Assembly: GCA_028572035.1 (NCBI GenBank)
Contig: JAPVWE010000001.1
Location: forward strand, 1 to 26,581
Reading direction: 5' to 3'
From: Desulfobacteraceae bacterium
GTDB lineage: Bacteria > Desulfobacterota > DSM-4660 > Desulfatiglandales > B25-G16
DNA: 26,581 nucleotides
In this document: in pieces, positions 7,309-16,348 of the stretch
How the letters are laid out: every line of letters begins with the position of its first letter
How positions within the stretch are numbered: position 1 is the stretch's first letter
Notes under the pieces: model-generated
The model's input: only the letters and a program-made list of their open reading frames with translations
What the model was told of the DNA's origin: nothing
Database searches by the model: none
Program-made: the position numbers and the translations under genes

Positions 7309-9381
7309 ATGGTTGATGATATTCAATACCTAAGAAACATAGGCATCAGTGCCCATATTGACTCAGGCAAGACAACCCTGACAGAGAGAATACTTTACTA
7401 TACGAAGAGGATATTTGCTGTCCACGAGGTAAAGGGAAAAGATGGGGTTGGCGCCAAGATGGATTCCATGGACCTGGAAAAGGAGAGAGGTATTACCATT
7501 TCCTCTGCTGCGACATACTGTGAGTGGAAGGGGCATAAGATCAATATCATAGACACGCCTGGGCATGTGGACTTCACCATTGAGGTTGAGCGCTCTCTGA
7601 AGGTTCTGGATGGGGCCATTTTGGTTTTATGTGCTGTAGGAGGCGTGCAATCCCAGTCCATTACCGTTGACCGGCAGATGAACCGGCATAAGGTACCAAG
7701 GGTGGCCTTTATCAATAAATGTGATCGGGCAGGTGCCGATCCATACCGGGTTGTGGGGCAACTTCGTCAGAGGTTGAATCATAATGCCATACTCATGCAG
7801 ATACCCATAGGGCTGGAAGGAGATTTCTCCGGTGTGATAGATCTGGTCTCCATGAAGGCTATCTATTTTGAGGGGCCCTTTGGAGAGGACGTTAAGGAAG
7901 GAGAGATTCCATCTTCCCTCCTCGATGAGGCTGTTTCTAAAAGAGAGGAGTTGCTGGAGGCTGCCTCCATGTTTTCCGATGAATTGATGGAGGCTATCTT
8001 AGATGGCAGCGTCAGTGAGGAACGGATACATGAGGCGGTGAGAGAAGGGACGATCTCAAGGCAGTTAACCCCTGTCTTTATGGGGTCAGCATATAAAAAC
8101 ATGGGGGTACAGCCTGTACTCGATGCCGTTGCCAACTATCTCCCTTCACCGGAGGAGGTGGAAAACAGTGCGCTGGATATGGATGAGGAGGAAAAGGAGG
8201 TATTGCTTTCCTCGGATCCGAATGATCCCCTGGTGGCCCTGGCCTTCAAACTGGAGGTAACCCTGTACGGGCAACTCACCCATCTCAGGATCTATCAGGG
8301 CACTATAGGCAAGGGAGATGATCTGGTAAATACCAGGACAAGAAAAAGGATCAAGGTGGGAAGGCTGGTGAGGATGCATGCCGATGAAATGAAGGATATC
8401 CCTGGGGCCAGAGCAGGCGACATTGTGGCCCTTTTCGGGGTTAGCTGCTTTTCAGGGGATACATTTACCGATGGCCGCTTAAACTGGACCATGAGCTCCA
8501 TTTTTGTTCCGGACCCGGTAATCTCCCTGGCCATATCACCAAAGGACAATAGATCTGACACCAATATGGCCAAGGCCCTTAGCCGTTTTATCAGGGAAGA
8601 CCCTACCTTTCAGTCCCGGGTAGATGGGGAATCCGGCCAAACTATTATCTCCGGGATGGGAGAATTGCATCTTGAGATTTATGTGGAGAGAATGAAAAGG
8701 GAATTCGGGGCGGAGGTGGATACAGGGATTCCCCAGGTGGCCTACAGGGAGGCCATCTCACGGCGATTGGAGTTTGATTATACCCATAAGAAGCAGACAG
8801 GTGGGGCAGGTCAGTACGGGAGAGTCGCCGGATTCATGGAACCCTCAGAAGAGGGTGGTTATGAATTCATTAACCGGGTCAAGGGGGGCGTCATTCCTTC
8901 AGAGTTTATTCCCGCTGTTGACAAGGGCTTCCAGTCCTGTCTAAGAAAGGGTCTTTTGATAGGATTTCCGGTTCTCGGGATGAGGATTACGGTCAACGAT
9001 GGAAGACATCATGCGGTTGATTCCTCTGAGAGGGCATTTATCCAGGCCGCTATAGGTGCCTTTAAACAGGCATACTTAAGAGCCAATCCCGTGATACTGG
9101 AGCCGATTATGAAGGTATCGGTAGAAAGTCCCTCTGAGTTCCAGGGAAATGTCATGTCTTCTATCAACCAGCGCAGGGGCTTGATCATGAGCTCGGCGGA
9201 AGATGGGGTGTTTACAACCGTTGAGGCCGAAGTTCCTCTGGCAGAGATGTTCGGATATGCTACCATCTTGAGATCAATGAGTCAGGGAAAGGCAGAGTTT
9301 ACCATGGAGTTTTCCAGGTATTCAAAGGTACCTGAATCAATAAAAGAGGAGCTAAAATTGAGGTATAAAGAAAAATCATAA
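7309..9381 (+). CDS. fusA: Elongation factor G, stand-alone paralog of the spdEFG1/mitochondrial EF-G1 type
   Basis: [55 protein letters not shown]. Not flanked by rpsL/rpsG/tuf. ATG 7309 has AAGGAG at 7297-7302. Confidence 0.95.
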   Translation: MVDDIQYLRNIGISAHIDSGKTTLTERILYYTKRIFAVHEVKGKDGVGAKMDSMDLEKERGITISSAATYCEWKGHKINIIDTPGHVDFTIEVERSLKVLDGAILVLCAVGGVQSQSITVDRQMNRHKVPRVAFINKCDRAGADPYRVVGQLRQRLNHNAILMQIPIGLEGDFSGVIDLVSMKAIYFEGPFGEDVKEGEIPSSLLDEAVSKREELLEAASMFSDELMEAILDGSVSEERIHEAVREGTISRQLTPVFMGSAYKNMGVQPVLDAVANYLPSPEEVENSALDMDEEEKEVLLSSDPNDPLVALAFKLEVTLYGQLTHLRIYQGTIGKGDDLVNTRTRKRIKVGRLVRMHADEMKDIPGARAGDIVALFGVSCFSGDTFTDGRLNWTMSSIFVPDPVISLAISPKDNRSDTNMAKALSRFIREDPTFQSRVDGESGQTIISGMGELHLEIYVERMKREFGAEVDTGIPQVAYREAISRRLEFDYTHKKQTGGAGQYGRVAGFMEPSEEGGYEFINRVKGGVIPSEFIPAVDKGFQSCLRKGLLIGFPVLGMRITVNDGRHHAVDSSERAFIQAAIGAFKQAYLRANPVILEPIMKVSVESPSEFQGNVMSSINQRRGLIMSSAEDGVFTTVEAEVPLAEMFGYATILRSMSQGKAEFTMEFSRYSKVPESIKEELKLRYKEKS

Positions 9382-9464
9382 CCGTTCAGCCCCCACTTCT
9401 ATAATGGGGCTGGGGCAATTCGCCAAGGTGGACAGCCCCAGCCCCTGGCAGTGGTGAACGGTTA
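9379..9464. repeat. Palindromic REP/MITE-like element
   Basis: Perfect 10-bp terminal inverted repeat TAACCGTTCA (9379-9388) / TGAACGGTTA (9455-9464); internal perfect 11-bp inverted repeat GGGGCTGGGGC / GCCCCAGCCCC. Confidence 0.75.
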
Positions 9465-9488
9465 CAAAAAATCAAAAAGGAGAGAACC

Positions 9489-10184
9489 ATGAAAGATTTC
9501 CTAAAGGTCAGCCCTTTAAAGATACTGGAGGGGTCTACCTATAAAGAATTGGGCAAGGGCAATCTGGGGGTTCTCATGGCCCGGGCAGGTGTTGGTAAGA
9601 CATCATGCCTCATCAACATTGCATTTGATAAGCTCTTTCGTGGGGGAAAACTTGTACATGTTTCCCTCAAGGATGCACCGGAAAAGGTTACCTCTTATTA
9701 CCATGTTATCTTCTCCGATCTTGTTAAGGTACTGAATATGGAGAATGAATATGAGGTTCGGACCCTCCTGGATAAAAACAGGATAATCCTCGCGTATCTA
9801 AAAGAGAGCTTTGACCTTAACAGGCTTCGGAAGAACCTCACAAATCTAATAAAAGAGATTGATTTCACACCAGATACCCTGGTTGTTGATGGTGTTGATT
9901 TCGCAGAGGCCGGCAGAGACATATTTGAGGGATTTAAAGGGATAGCCAAGGAGTTTAACCTCGAGGTATGGTTTTCAGCCCTCTCACACAGGCATATTAC
10001 TGAGGTAAATGAGAGAGGTATTCCCTTTCCCTGCAACAACCTGGATGACCTCTTCAACCTTATTATCCAGTTAGATTCGACTCAATCAGGGGTCTTCCTA
10101 AAGCTTCTAAAGGAGCACGACAGTGAAGTCTTACCTGATGCTATGGTAAGGCTTGAGCCAAACAACTTTTTGGCCATGGAGTAG
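9489..10184 (+). CDS. Uncharacterised RecA/KaiC/DnaB-fold P-loop ATPase
   Basis: Walker A-like MARAGVGKT, hydrophobic strand KLVHVSL, Walker B-like TLVVDG; SD AAGGAG upstream. Confidence 0.75.
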   Translation: MKDFLKVSPLKILEGSTYKELGKGNLGVLMARAGVGKTSCLINIAFDKLFRGGKLVHVSLKDAPEKVTSYYHVIFSDLVKVLNMENEYEVRTLLDKNRIILAYLKESFDLNRLRKNLTNLIKEIDFTPDTLVVDGVDFAEAGRDIFEGFKGIAKEFNLEVWFSALSHRHITEVNERGIPFPCNNLDDLFNLIIQLDSTQSGVFLKLLKEHDSEVLPDAMVRLEPNNFLAME

Positions 10185-10200
10185 TTGGAAAATTTTTTTC

Positions 10201-10228
10201 TTGCATCTGAGAATCTGTAGGGTATAAC
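10201..10228 (+). promoter_or_regulatory. Candidate sigma70 promoter of rpmB
   Basis: TTGCAT (10201-10206), 16 nt spacer, TATAAC (10223-10228). Confidence 0.45.
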
Positions 10229-10346
10229 TTACCTGTCAAACAGGAAGGAAATCAACGGACATTACCTGGTAGATGGTGTTAGGTTAGAAGGCCAGACACT
10301 GATAAATATCTGCTAACAACACATTAAGGCTAAAGGAAGAAATAGA

Positions 10347-10553
10347 ATGTCTAAGGTATGTGAAATATGCGGTAAAGGACCGGTTTCAGGCCACAATGTA
10401 AGTCACGCCCACAATAAGACCAAAAGACGCTGGTTACCAAACCTTCAAAGCGTGAGGGTTAAGATAAAAGGCGGGACAAAAAAAATGAAGGTCTGCACGG
10501 GGTGTCTCAGATCAGGACTGGTATACAAAGAAGCAGTAGGCAGTAGGCAGTAA
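10347..10553 (+). CDS. rpmB: 50S ribosomal protein L28 (Cys-containing type)
   Basis: [34 protein letters not shown]...[10 protein letters not shown]. The last residues AVGSRQ* are encoded by the heptamer repeat. Confidence 0.97.
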   Translation: MSKVCEICGKGPVSGHNVSHAHNKTKRRWLPNLQSVRVKIKGGTKKMKVCTGCLRSGLVYKEAVGSRQ

Positions 10554-10615
10554 GCACTTTGTATTGAGCCTGTCCCTGCTTCATACTGCATACTCCATAC
10601 TGCCTACTGTTTTTT
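10533..10615. terminator. Heptamer-repeat hairpin, probable bidirectional terminator between rpmB and rel
   Basis: GCAGTAG-GCAGTAG-GCAGTAA (10533-10553) faces CATACTG-CATACTC-CATACTG-CCTACTG (10582-10609). T6 follows on the plus strand and TTCTTT on the minus strand; the genes converge. Confidence 0.7.
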
Positions 10616-12756
10616 CAAATCCGTTCCACCTTTAAGACCTCCTTGATCTTCTTTATCTTTGAAATAATATCTCTTAATTGATTGTAATCGGAAACCTCAA
10701 TTGTAAAGGTGGATATCCCTTTCTTGTCAACTGTTGTCCGCACATCCGCATCTACAATATTAGCCTCGTTCTGGGCAAATATAGCACTCAGATTGGCCAG
10801 CATACCCTTTTTAGAGATATTGGTGATCTTCAATGTGGCCAAATAATTCACATCTTCCGAACGTTCCCATTCCACCTCCACTAAGCGATCCAGGTCAACA
10901 TCCCTAATATGCCGGCAAGCTTTTGCATGGATGGTGACCCCCCTTCCCCTGGTAATAAAACCGATAACCAGCTCCCCTGGTAATGGTTGACAGCACTTTC
11001 CAAAGCGAACGAGCATGTCACTCATCCCTTTAACCTTGATCCCGGTCTCTTCCCTTTTTCTCTTTATCCTGTGAACTATCTTCTGGACAAGGCCCTCTGA
11101 TTTATCCTCTTTTATGTCTAAATGGGGCATAAGCCGGTTCAAAACCTGCTTTGCTGAGATCTTGCCATAGCCGACACTGGCCAGCAGATCATCCACACTC
11201 TTTAGTGAAAATCTATGGATTACATCTAGAATCTGCTTGTTGTTGATGAGCCTGGATAGATTAAGATTGACTTTCCTAAGCTGCTTTTCCAAGATATTCC
11301 TGCCAATATCTATGCTCTCTTTTCTCTCCTCTTTTTTTATCCACTGTCTGATCCTGGTTCTGGCCGCGGATGTCTTGGCAAAATTGAGCCAATCTTTACT
11401 GGGTTTATGATTTTTGGAGGTAATAATCTGGACTATGTCTCCGGTTTTAAGCTGATAGCTTAAGGGGACTATTCTCTCGTTTACCTTAGCACCTGTGCAT
11501 CTGTGTCCTACCTCTGAATGGATACTATAGGCAAAATCAACCGGGGTTGCTCCCTTGGGAAATTCCTTAACCTCCCCTTTAGGCGTAAAGATATAGACCT
11601 CGCCACTGAAAAGATCGAGCCTGACTGTTTCTAAGAACTCCTTTGGGTCAGTCACGCTTTCCTGCCATTCTAACAACTGTCTCATCCATGCATATTGCCT
11701 GTCTATGTCTTTTTCCGACCCATCTCCCTCTTTATACCTCCAGTGAGAGGCAATTCCCTCTTCGGCAATTCTGTCCATATCCCACGTTCTTGTCTGTATC
11801 TCCATTCTCTCTCCCAGGGGGGTGATTACTGTGGTGTGCAAAGACTGATACATATTGGCCTTAGGCAGGGAGATATAATCCTTAAAACGACCTGTTACTG
11901 GTTTCCACATGGAATGTATCAGGCCCAGGACCTCATAGCACTCCCTTACAGAATTCACTATTATCCTGAAGGCCAGGACATCATAGACCTGTTCTATATT
12001 CAGATCCTGCTCCATCATCTTTTGATAAACACTAAAGAAATGCTTATTTCTTCCCTTTATCTTGGCCTTTATCTTGGCCTCACTCAATGTCTTGGATAAG
12101 ACCTCCTTTGTCTCCCTGATAAATTTCTCCTGTCCTTCTCGCCTCTGGGCAATACCCAATCTTATGTCCTCGTAAATCTTTGGCTCAAGATAAAAAAGGG
12201 AGAGATCCTCCAGGGTTGACTTTAGCCAGTAGATACCCAGTCTTCCAGCAAGAGGTGCATAAATATCAAGGGTTTCCTTTGCAATTACTTCCTGCTTTTC
12301 AGGGGGTTGAAAACCAAGGGTCTGCATATTATGCAATCGATCTGCCAATTTGACCAGCAGGACCCTGATATCAGTTGCCATGGCAATAATCATCTTTCTT
12401 ATATTCTCCGCCTGCTGTTCCTCTTTGCTCAAGAACCGTATCTTACTGATCTTGGTAACACCATCTACTATGGTTGTCACCTCCTTGCCGAACAGATATT
12501 CAATATCCTTTAGTTCAGCCAATGTATCCTCGACCGTGTCATGGAGAAGACCGGAGGCAATACTCACTTCGTCCATCTTCATCTTGGTAAGAATTCCAGC
12601 AACTTCCAGAGGGTGGGAAAGGTATGGTTCCCCTGATAAACGGACCTGGCCCTTGTGAACCTTGGCCGAATAGACATATGCCTTTTCGATGAAATCTATG
12701 TCTGCGGTAGGATGATAAGAAACGAGGTTTGATGTTATGTCAGTTAAGCGAATCAT
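10615..12756 (-). CDS. rel: Bifunctional (p)ppGpp synthetase/hydrolase (long RSH, Rel/SpoT)
   Basis: Intact hydrolase motifs (HxGQxRxSGEPY, LHDTVED, KLADRLHNM), synthetase (YQSLHTT, EIQTRT), TGS, CC and ACT domains. ATG 12756 (MIRLTDI) overlaps the proS 3' end. Confidence 0.95.
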   Translation of the reverse strand: MIRLTDITSNLVSYHPTADIDFIEKAYVYSAKVHKGQVRLSGEPYLSHPLEVAGILTKMKMDEVSIASGLLHDTVEDTLAELKDIEYLFGKEVTTIVDGVTKISKIRFLSKEEQQAENIRKMIIAMATDIRVLLVKLADRLHNMQTLGFQPPEKQEVIAKETLDIYAPLAGRLGIYWLKSTLEDLSLFYLEPKIYEDIRLGIAQRREGQEKFIRETKEVLSKTLSEAKIKAKIKGRNKHFFSVYQKMMEQDLNIEQVYDVLAFRIIVNSVRECYEVLGLIHSMWKPVTGRFKDYISLPKANMYQSLHTTVITPLGERMEIQTRTWDMDRIAEEGIASHWRYKEGDGSEKDIDRQYAWMRQLLEWQESVTDPKEFLETVRLDLFSGEVYIFTPKGEVKEFPKGATPVDFAYSIHSEVGHRCTGAKVNERIVPLSYQLKTGDIVQIITSKNHKPSKDWLNFAKTSAARTRIRQWIKKEERKESIDIGRNILEKQLRKVNLNLSRLINNKQILDVIHRFSLKSVDDLLASVGYGKISAKQVLNRLMPHLDIKEDKSEGLVQKIVHRIKRKREETGIKVKGMSDMLVRFGKCCQPLPGELVIGFITRGRGVTIHAKACRHIRDVDLDRLVEVEWERSEDVNYLATLKITNISKKGMLANLSAIFAQNEANIVDADVRTTVDKKGISTFTIEVSDYNQLRDIISKIKKIKEVLKVERI

Positions 12757-14503
12757 AGAGGACCTGGACAACCTCCTTTACCGCTTTAGGGGCCTTGTCT
12801 ACCGGTATCAGTCTGAGATCTGGCTTGGAGCGTATCTTGATCTCAATGGCATCTTTCTTAAGTGTTCTTAGACTGACCGTGACCCTCACAGGTATGCCAA
12901 GAAGATCGGCGTCCTTGAGTTTGAAACCTGGTCTTTCATCCCTGTCATCGATAAAGACTGTCAGGCCTAGATCACTTAGCTGCTGGCACAGATTTTCAGC
13001 CACCTCTCTAACATGGGCTTCATGCATTTCAAGGGGTAGAATCGTTACTTCAAAAGGGGAAATAGATATGGGAAAGATAATGCCATTCTCATCGTGACTC
13101 TGCTCTATAGCTGCTGCCACAATCCTGCCAATACCTATCCCATAACACCCCATAACAAAAGGAGTTTCCTGGCCATTCCTATCCAGAAAATCGGCCTTAA
13201 GGGCTGTAGAGTACTTGGTCCCTAACTTAAAGACATGGCCAACCTCTATTCCCTTACCAAACAGTAATTCACCACCACACCTGGGACATGGATCAGAGGA
13301 AGTTATCATCCTTAGGTCTGCGTAGGTCTCCACCTGAAAATCCCTGCCTTCATTTACATTAAGAATATGCTTATCCTCCTCGTTTGCCCCCATTACCATG
13401 TTTTTCATCTCCTTAAGGGCAAAATCAGCCACTTTCTTTACCTGTAAACCAATGGCTCCTGCAAAGCCCATCGGGGCACCGGTTACATCAAATACAGTTT
13501 CTGGATCTGCCATAGTGAGCTCTTGAACGTTAAGGACATTTCTTAGTTTGGTTTCGTTCAGTTCATGATCCCCCCTTACCAAAGCAGCCATTGGTCCATG
13601 CTCAGTTTGATAAATAAGGGTTTTGACCAGTTTTTCGGGCCTCACGGACAGAAACTTAGTTACTTCATCCACGGTTCTAATTCCCGGTGTATCTACAACC
13701 TGTAATTCTTCTTCTCTCTCGGTATGTTTGGAATCATCCTCCCTTGACAATATCTCCGCCTTCTCTAAGTTAGAGGCATACGGGCAATTTTGACAGCTTA
13801 CAATATCATCCTCACCGGTATCTGAGAGAACCATGAATTCATGAGAAAAACTGCCACCTATAGGCCCTGTATCAGCCTCGACTGCTCGGAATTTCAGTCC
13901 GCACCTTCTAAAAATAGCCTCGTATGCCACGTACATCCTCTCATAACTCCGGTTGGCCCCCTCTTCATCAATATCAAAGCTATAGGCATCCTTCATAATG
14001 AATTCCCGAGCCCTCATGACTCCAAATCTCGGCCTAATCTCATCCCTGAACTTTGTCTGGATCTGATACAGGTTAATGGGCAGTTGTTTGTATGAATGAA
14101 TCTCCCTTCGTACCAGATCAGTAATTACCTCCTCGTGGGTTGGGCCCAGGCATGATTCCCTGTTGTGTCGATCCCTGAACCGTAAGAGTTCTGGACCATA
14201 CTGATCCCATCGACCGCTTTCCATCCATAGATCACCTGGTTGCACCCCTGGAAGCAAGACTTCAATAGCACCAGCCCTATCCATCTCCTCCCTGACGATG
14301 CTTTCTACCCTTTTAAGGGCCCTCAAACCAAAAGGAAGATAGGTATAGATTCCTGCTGCCAGCTTTCTGATCATTCCAGCCCTGAGCATTAATTGGTGAC
14401 TTATGATCTCAGCCTCGGCCGGTGTCTCTTTGAGAGTAGGAGTAAAGAATTGTGAATATCGCCTTGAAAGAGATGTCATAATGTAGGTAACGTCATACGT
14501 CAT
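12740..14503 (-). CDS. proS: Proline--tRNA ligase (bacterial type with editing insertion)
   Basis: SHQLMLRAGMIRK, LGPTHEE, QIQTKFRDEIRPRFG, GIEVGHVFKLG, MGCYGIG. Start codon uncertain (14503 or 14479). Confidence 0.96.
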   Translation of the reverse strand: MTYDVTYIMTSLSRRYSQFFTPTLKETPAEAEIISHQLMLRAGMIRKLAAGIYTYLPFGLRALKRVESIVREEMDRAGAIEVLLPGVQPGDLWMESGRWDQYGPELLRFRDRHNRESCLGPTHEEVITDLVRREIHSYKQLPINLYQIQTKFRDEIRPRFGVMRAREFIMKDAYSFDIDEEGANRSYERMYVAYEAIFRRCGLKFRAVEADTGPIGGSFSHEFMVLSDTGEDDIVSCQNCPYASNLEKAEILSREDDSKHTEREEELQVVDTPGIRTVDEVTKFLSVRPEKLVKTLIYQTEHGPMAALVRGDHELNETKLRNVLNVQELTMADPETVFDVTGAPMGFAGAIGLQVKKVADFALKEMKNMVMGANEEDKHILNVNEGRDFQVETYADLRMITSSDPCPRCGGELLFGKGIEVGHVFKLGTKYSTALKADFLDRNGQETPFVMGCYGIGIGRIVAAAIEQSHDENGIIFPISISPFEVTILPLEMHEAHVREVAENLCQQLSDLGLTVFIDDRDERPGFKLKDADLLGIPVRVTVSLRTLKKDAIEIKIRSKPDLRLIPVDKAPKAVKEVVQVLYDSLN

Positions 14504-14578
14504 TGGTCATTAGTCATTCGTTAAAACAGGAAGTCTCTGACTCTTGATCTCATTTACCAGTGACAAATGACTATTGAC
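14491..14578. repeat. Heptamer tandem-repeat hairpin (STRR2-like) between ispG and proS
   Basis: CGTCATA-CGTCATT-GGTCATT-AGTCATT (14491-14518) faces CAGTGAC-AAATGAC-TATTGAC (14558-14578). Confidence 0.8.
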
Positions 14579-15641
14579 ATTCGCTGTAATTGACCATCTG
14601 TTTGACTTCTTTGATAAGTATCCTGGCCAGATCTGACTCAGGCACTTTTTTGATCAATCTACCCTTCTTGAACAATGTGCCATGGCCCTGTCCGCCGGCA
14701 ATGCCAATGTCGGCCTCTTTTGCCTCTCCGGGCCCATTTACGACACATCCCATAATAGCTATCTTAAGAGGGGTCGTAATCTGATCCAGGGCATTTTCAA
14801 TTGTCTCTACCAACGTAAGAAGATCTATCTGACACCTTCCGCAGGTAGGGCAGGATATAATATCCACTCCCCTCTGCCTCAGACCCAGGGCCTTCAAAAT
14901 CTCATATGCCACCTTGACTTCATCAACCGGATCACGTGTTAGAGAAACCCTGATTGTATCTCCTATGCCCTCGGATAGTAATAGTCCAATCCCTAAGGAG
15001 TTCTTAACGGTCCCTGAAACGAGGCTCCCGGCCTCGGTTACACCTAAATGCAAGGGATAGTTAACCTTCTCACTAAGAAGCCTGTATGCCGATATCATTT
15101 GCAAGACATCTGACGATTTCAGGGAAATCTTAATAAGATGGAAATCCAAATCCTCCAAGATTCTTACATGATTCATGGCACTCTCAACCATAGCATCTGG
15201 TGTCGGGTGACCATATTTTTTTAGGATAGCCCTGTTAAGAGAGCCGGAGTTAACCCCAATCCTTATAGGAATACCTTGAGATCGGGCAGCGGCAACAATC
15301 TCCCGGATTTTTTTCCTTCCACCAATGTTGCCTGGGTTCAATCTTAGACCATCAGCTCCGTTCTCTATGGCTGCCAAGGCCAGCCTGTAGTCAAAATGAA
15401 TATCGGCAATAATCGGAAGGGATACCTCAGATTTTATCTCTTTGATGGCAGAGGCGGCCTTCATATCTGGCACTGCCAGGCGAACAAGCTCACAGCCAGC
15501 ACACCTTAACCGGTCTATCTGTTTTACCGTGGCAGCTACATCCTGAGGTGGGGTATTGGTCATGGACTGCACCACTACCGGAGCTCCACCACCTATCTTT
15601 ACTCCACCGATGTCTATTTGTGTGCTGTACCGTCGTTTCAT
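14571..15641 (-). CDS. ispG: (E)-4-hydroxy-3-methylbut-2-enyl-diphosphate synthase (flavodoxin)
   Basis: VVQSMTNT, IADIHFDY, RINPGN-like RLNPGN, RIGVNSGSL, PLHLGVTEAG, SCPTCGRC, MGCVVNGPGEA. Confidence 0.97.
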   Translation of the reverse strand: MKRRYSTQIDIGGVKIGGGAPVVVQSMTNTPPQDVAATVKQIDRLRCAGCELVRLAVPDMKAASAIKEIKSEVSLPIIADIHFDYRLALAAIENGADGLRLNPGNIGGRKKIREIVAAARSQGIPIRIGVNSGSLNRAILKKYGHPTPDAMVESAMNHVRILEDLDFHLIKISLKSSDVLQMISAYRLLSEKVNYPLHLGVTEAGSLVSGTVKNSLGIGLLLSEGIGDTIRVSLTRDPVDEVKVAYEILKALGLRQRGVDIISCPTCGRCQIDLLTLVETIENALDQITTPLKIAIMGCVVNGPGEAKEADIGIAGGQGHGTLFKKGRLIKKVPESDLARILIKEVKQMVNYSECQ

Positions 15642-15770
15642 ATTCTATGGGGCAAGGGGATAAATCCCAAAGGCATGGGATTCCAGGTACCCTTATTTTC
15701 TTGTTTGTCCTTCGATACACAAGGCTCTATGCATATGGTAAAATCAAGTATAATCATAAATTACATTTTG

Positions 15771-15799
15771 AAGGTAACTAAAAACATATACCATGTCAA
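15771..15799 (-). promoter_or_regulatory. Candidate sigma70 promoter of ispG-proS-rel
   Basis: Minus strand TTGACA (15799-15794), 17 nt spacer, TACCTT (15776-15771). Confidence 0.5.
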
Positions 15800-15835
15800 G
15801 GCGATTTCCCCTCATCCTTAACTTACGATTTTCTC

Positions 15836-15865
15836 TTGCACTATATGCCCATATTCTGGTACATT
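15836..15865 (+). promoter_or_regulatory. Candidate sigma70 promoter of DUF1844-ispE
   Basis: TTGCAC (15836-15841), 18 nt spacer, extended -10 TGgTACATT (TG 15857-15858; -10 at 15860-15865). Back-to-back with the ispG promoter. Confidence 0.5.
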
Positions 15866-15943
15866 TATAAAAGTAAGTTAGCAAATTTAATATGAAAAAT
15901 TTGAAGTCTAATAGGCGCATTTGCTTCTTTAAAGGAGGAAGAC

Positions 15944-16348
15944 ATGTCTGAAGAAGAAATACAGGGCCCAGGATTTACTGTCAGAGATAAAAGAACCTTT
16001 GATAGTCAGGGAGAGGTAAAGGAATCGGTAAAGGCTGAAAGGGAAGAGGAGAAGAAAAAGGACAAGGACAGAGAAGAGAAGAAGGAGAAGGGTGCTGCTC
16101 CCTTGCCAGAAGTCAATTTTTCCTCCTTCATTCTCTCACTGAGCTCTTCAACCCTTCTTCACCTTGGTGAAATTGCAGATCCCCAGTCGGGAGAAAAAAA
16201 GAAAGACATGGCATTAGCCAAACAATCGATTGATATTATCAACCTACTCAAAGACAAGACCAAGGGCAATCTTACCCAGGAAGAGGAAAAACTCCTGGAT
16301 CACCTTCTCTACGATCTCCGGATGCGTTTTGTTAAAGCAGGCGAATAA
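15944..16348 (+). CDS. DUF1844 domain-containing protein
   Basis: GFTVRDKR N-terminus, LPEVNFSSFILSL, AKQSIDII..L..KTKGNL..EE..LL..LLYDLRMRFV; SD AAGGAGG. Confidence 0.85.
   Translation: MSEEEIQGPGFTVRDKRTFDSQGEVKESVKAEREEEKKKDKDREEKKEKGAAPLPEVNFSSFILSLSSSTLLHLGEIADPQSGEKKKDMALAKQSIDIINLLKDKTKGNLTQEEEKLLDHLLYDLRMRFVKAGE

Noticed and set aside
10230-10346. Structured ribosomal-protein leader upstream of rpmB
   Set aside because: Only short imperfect stems (GTAGAT/ATCTGC); no known L28 leader motif to compare.
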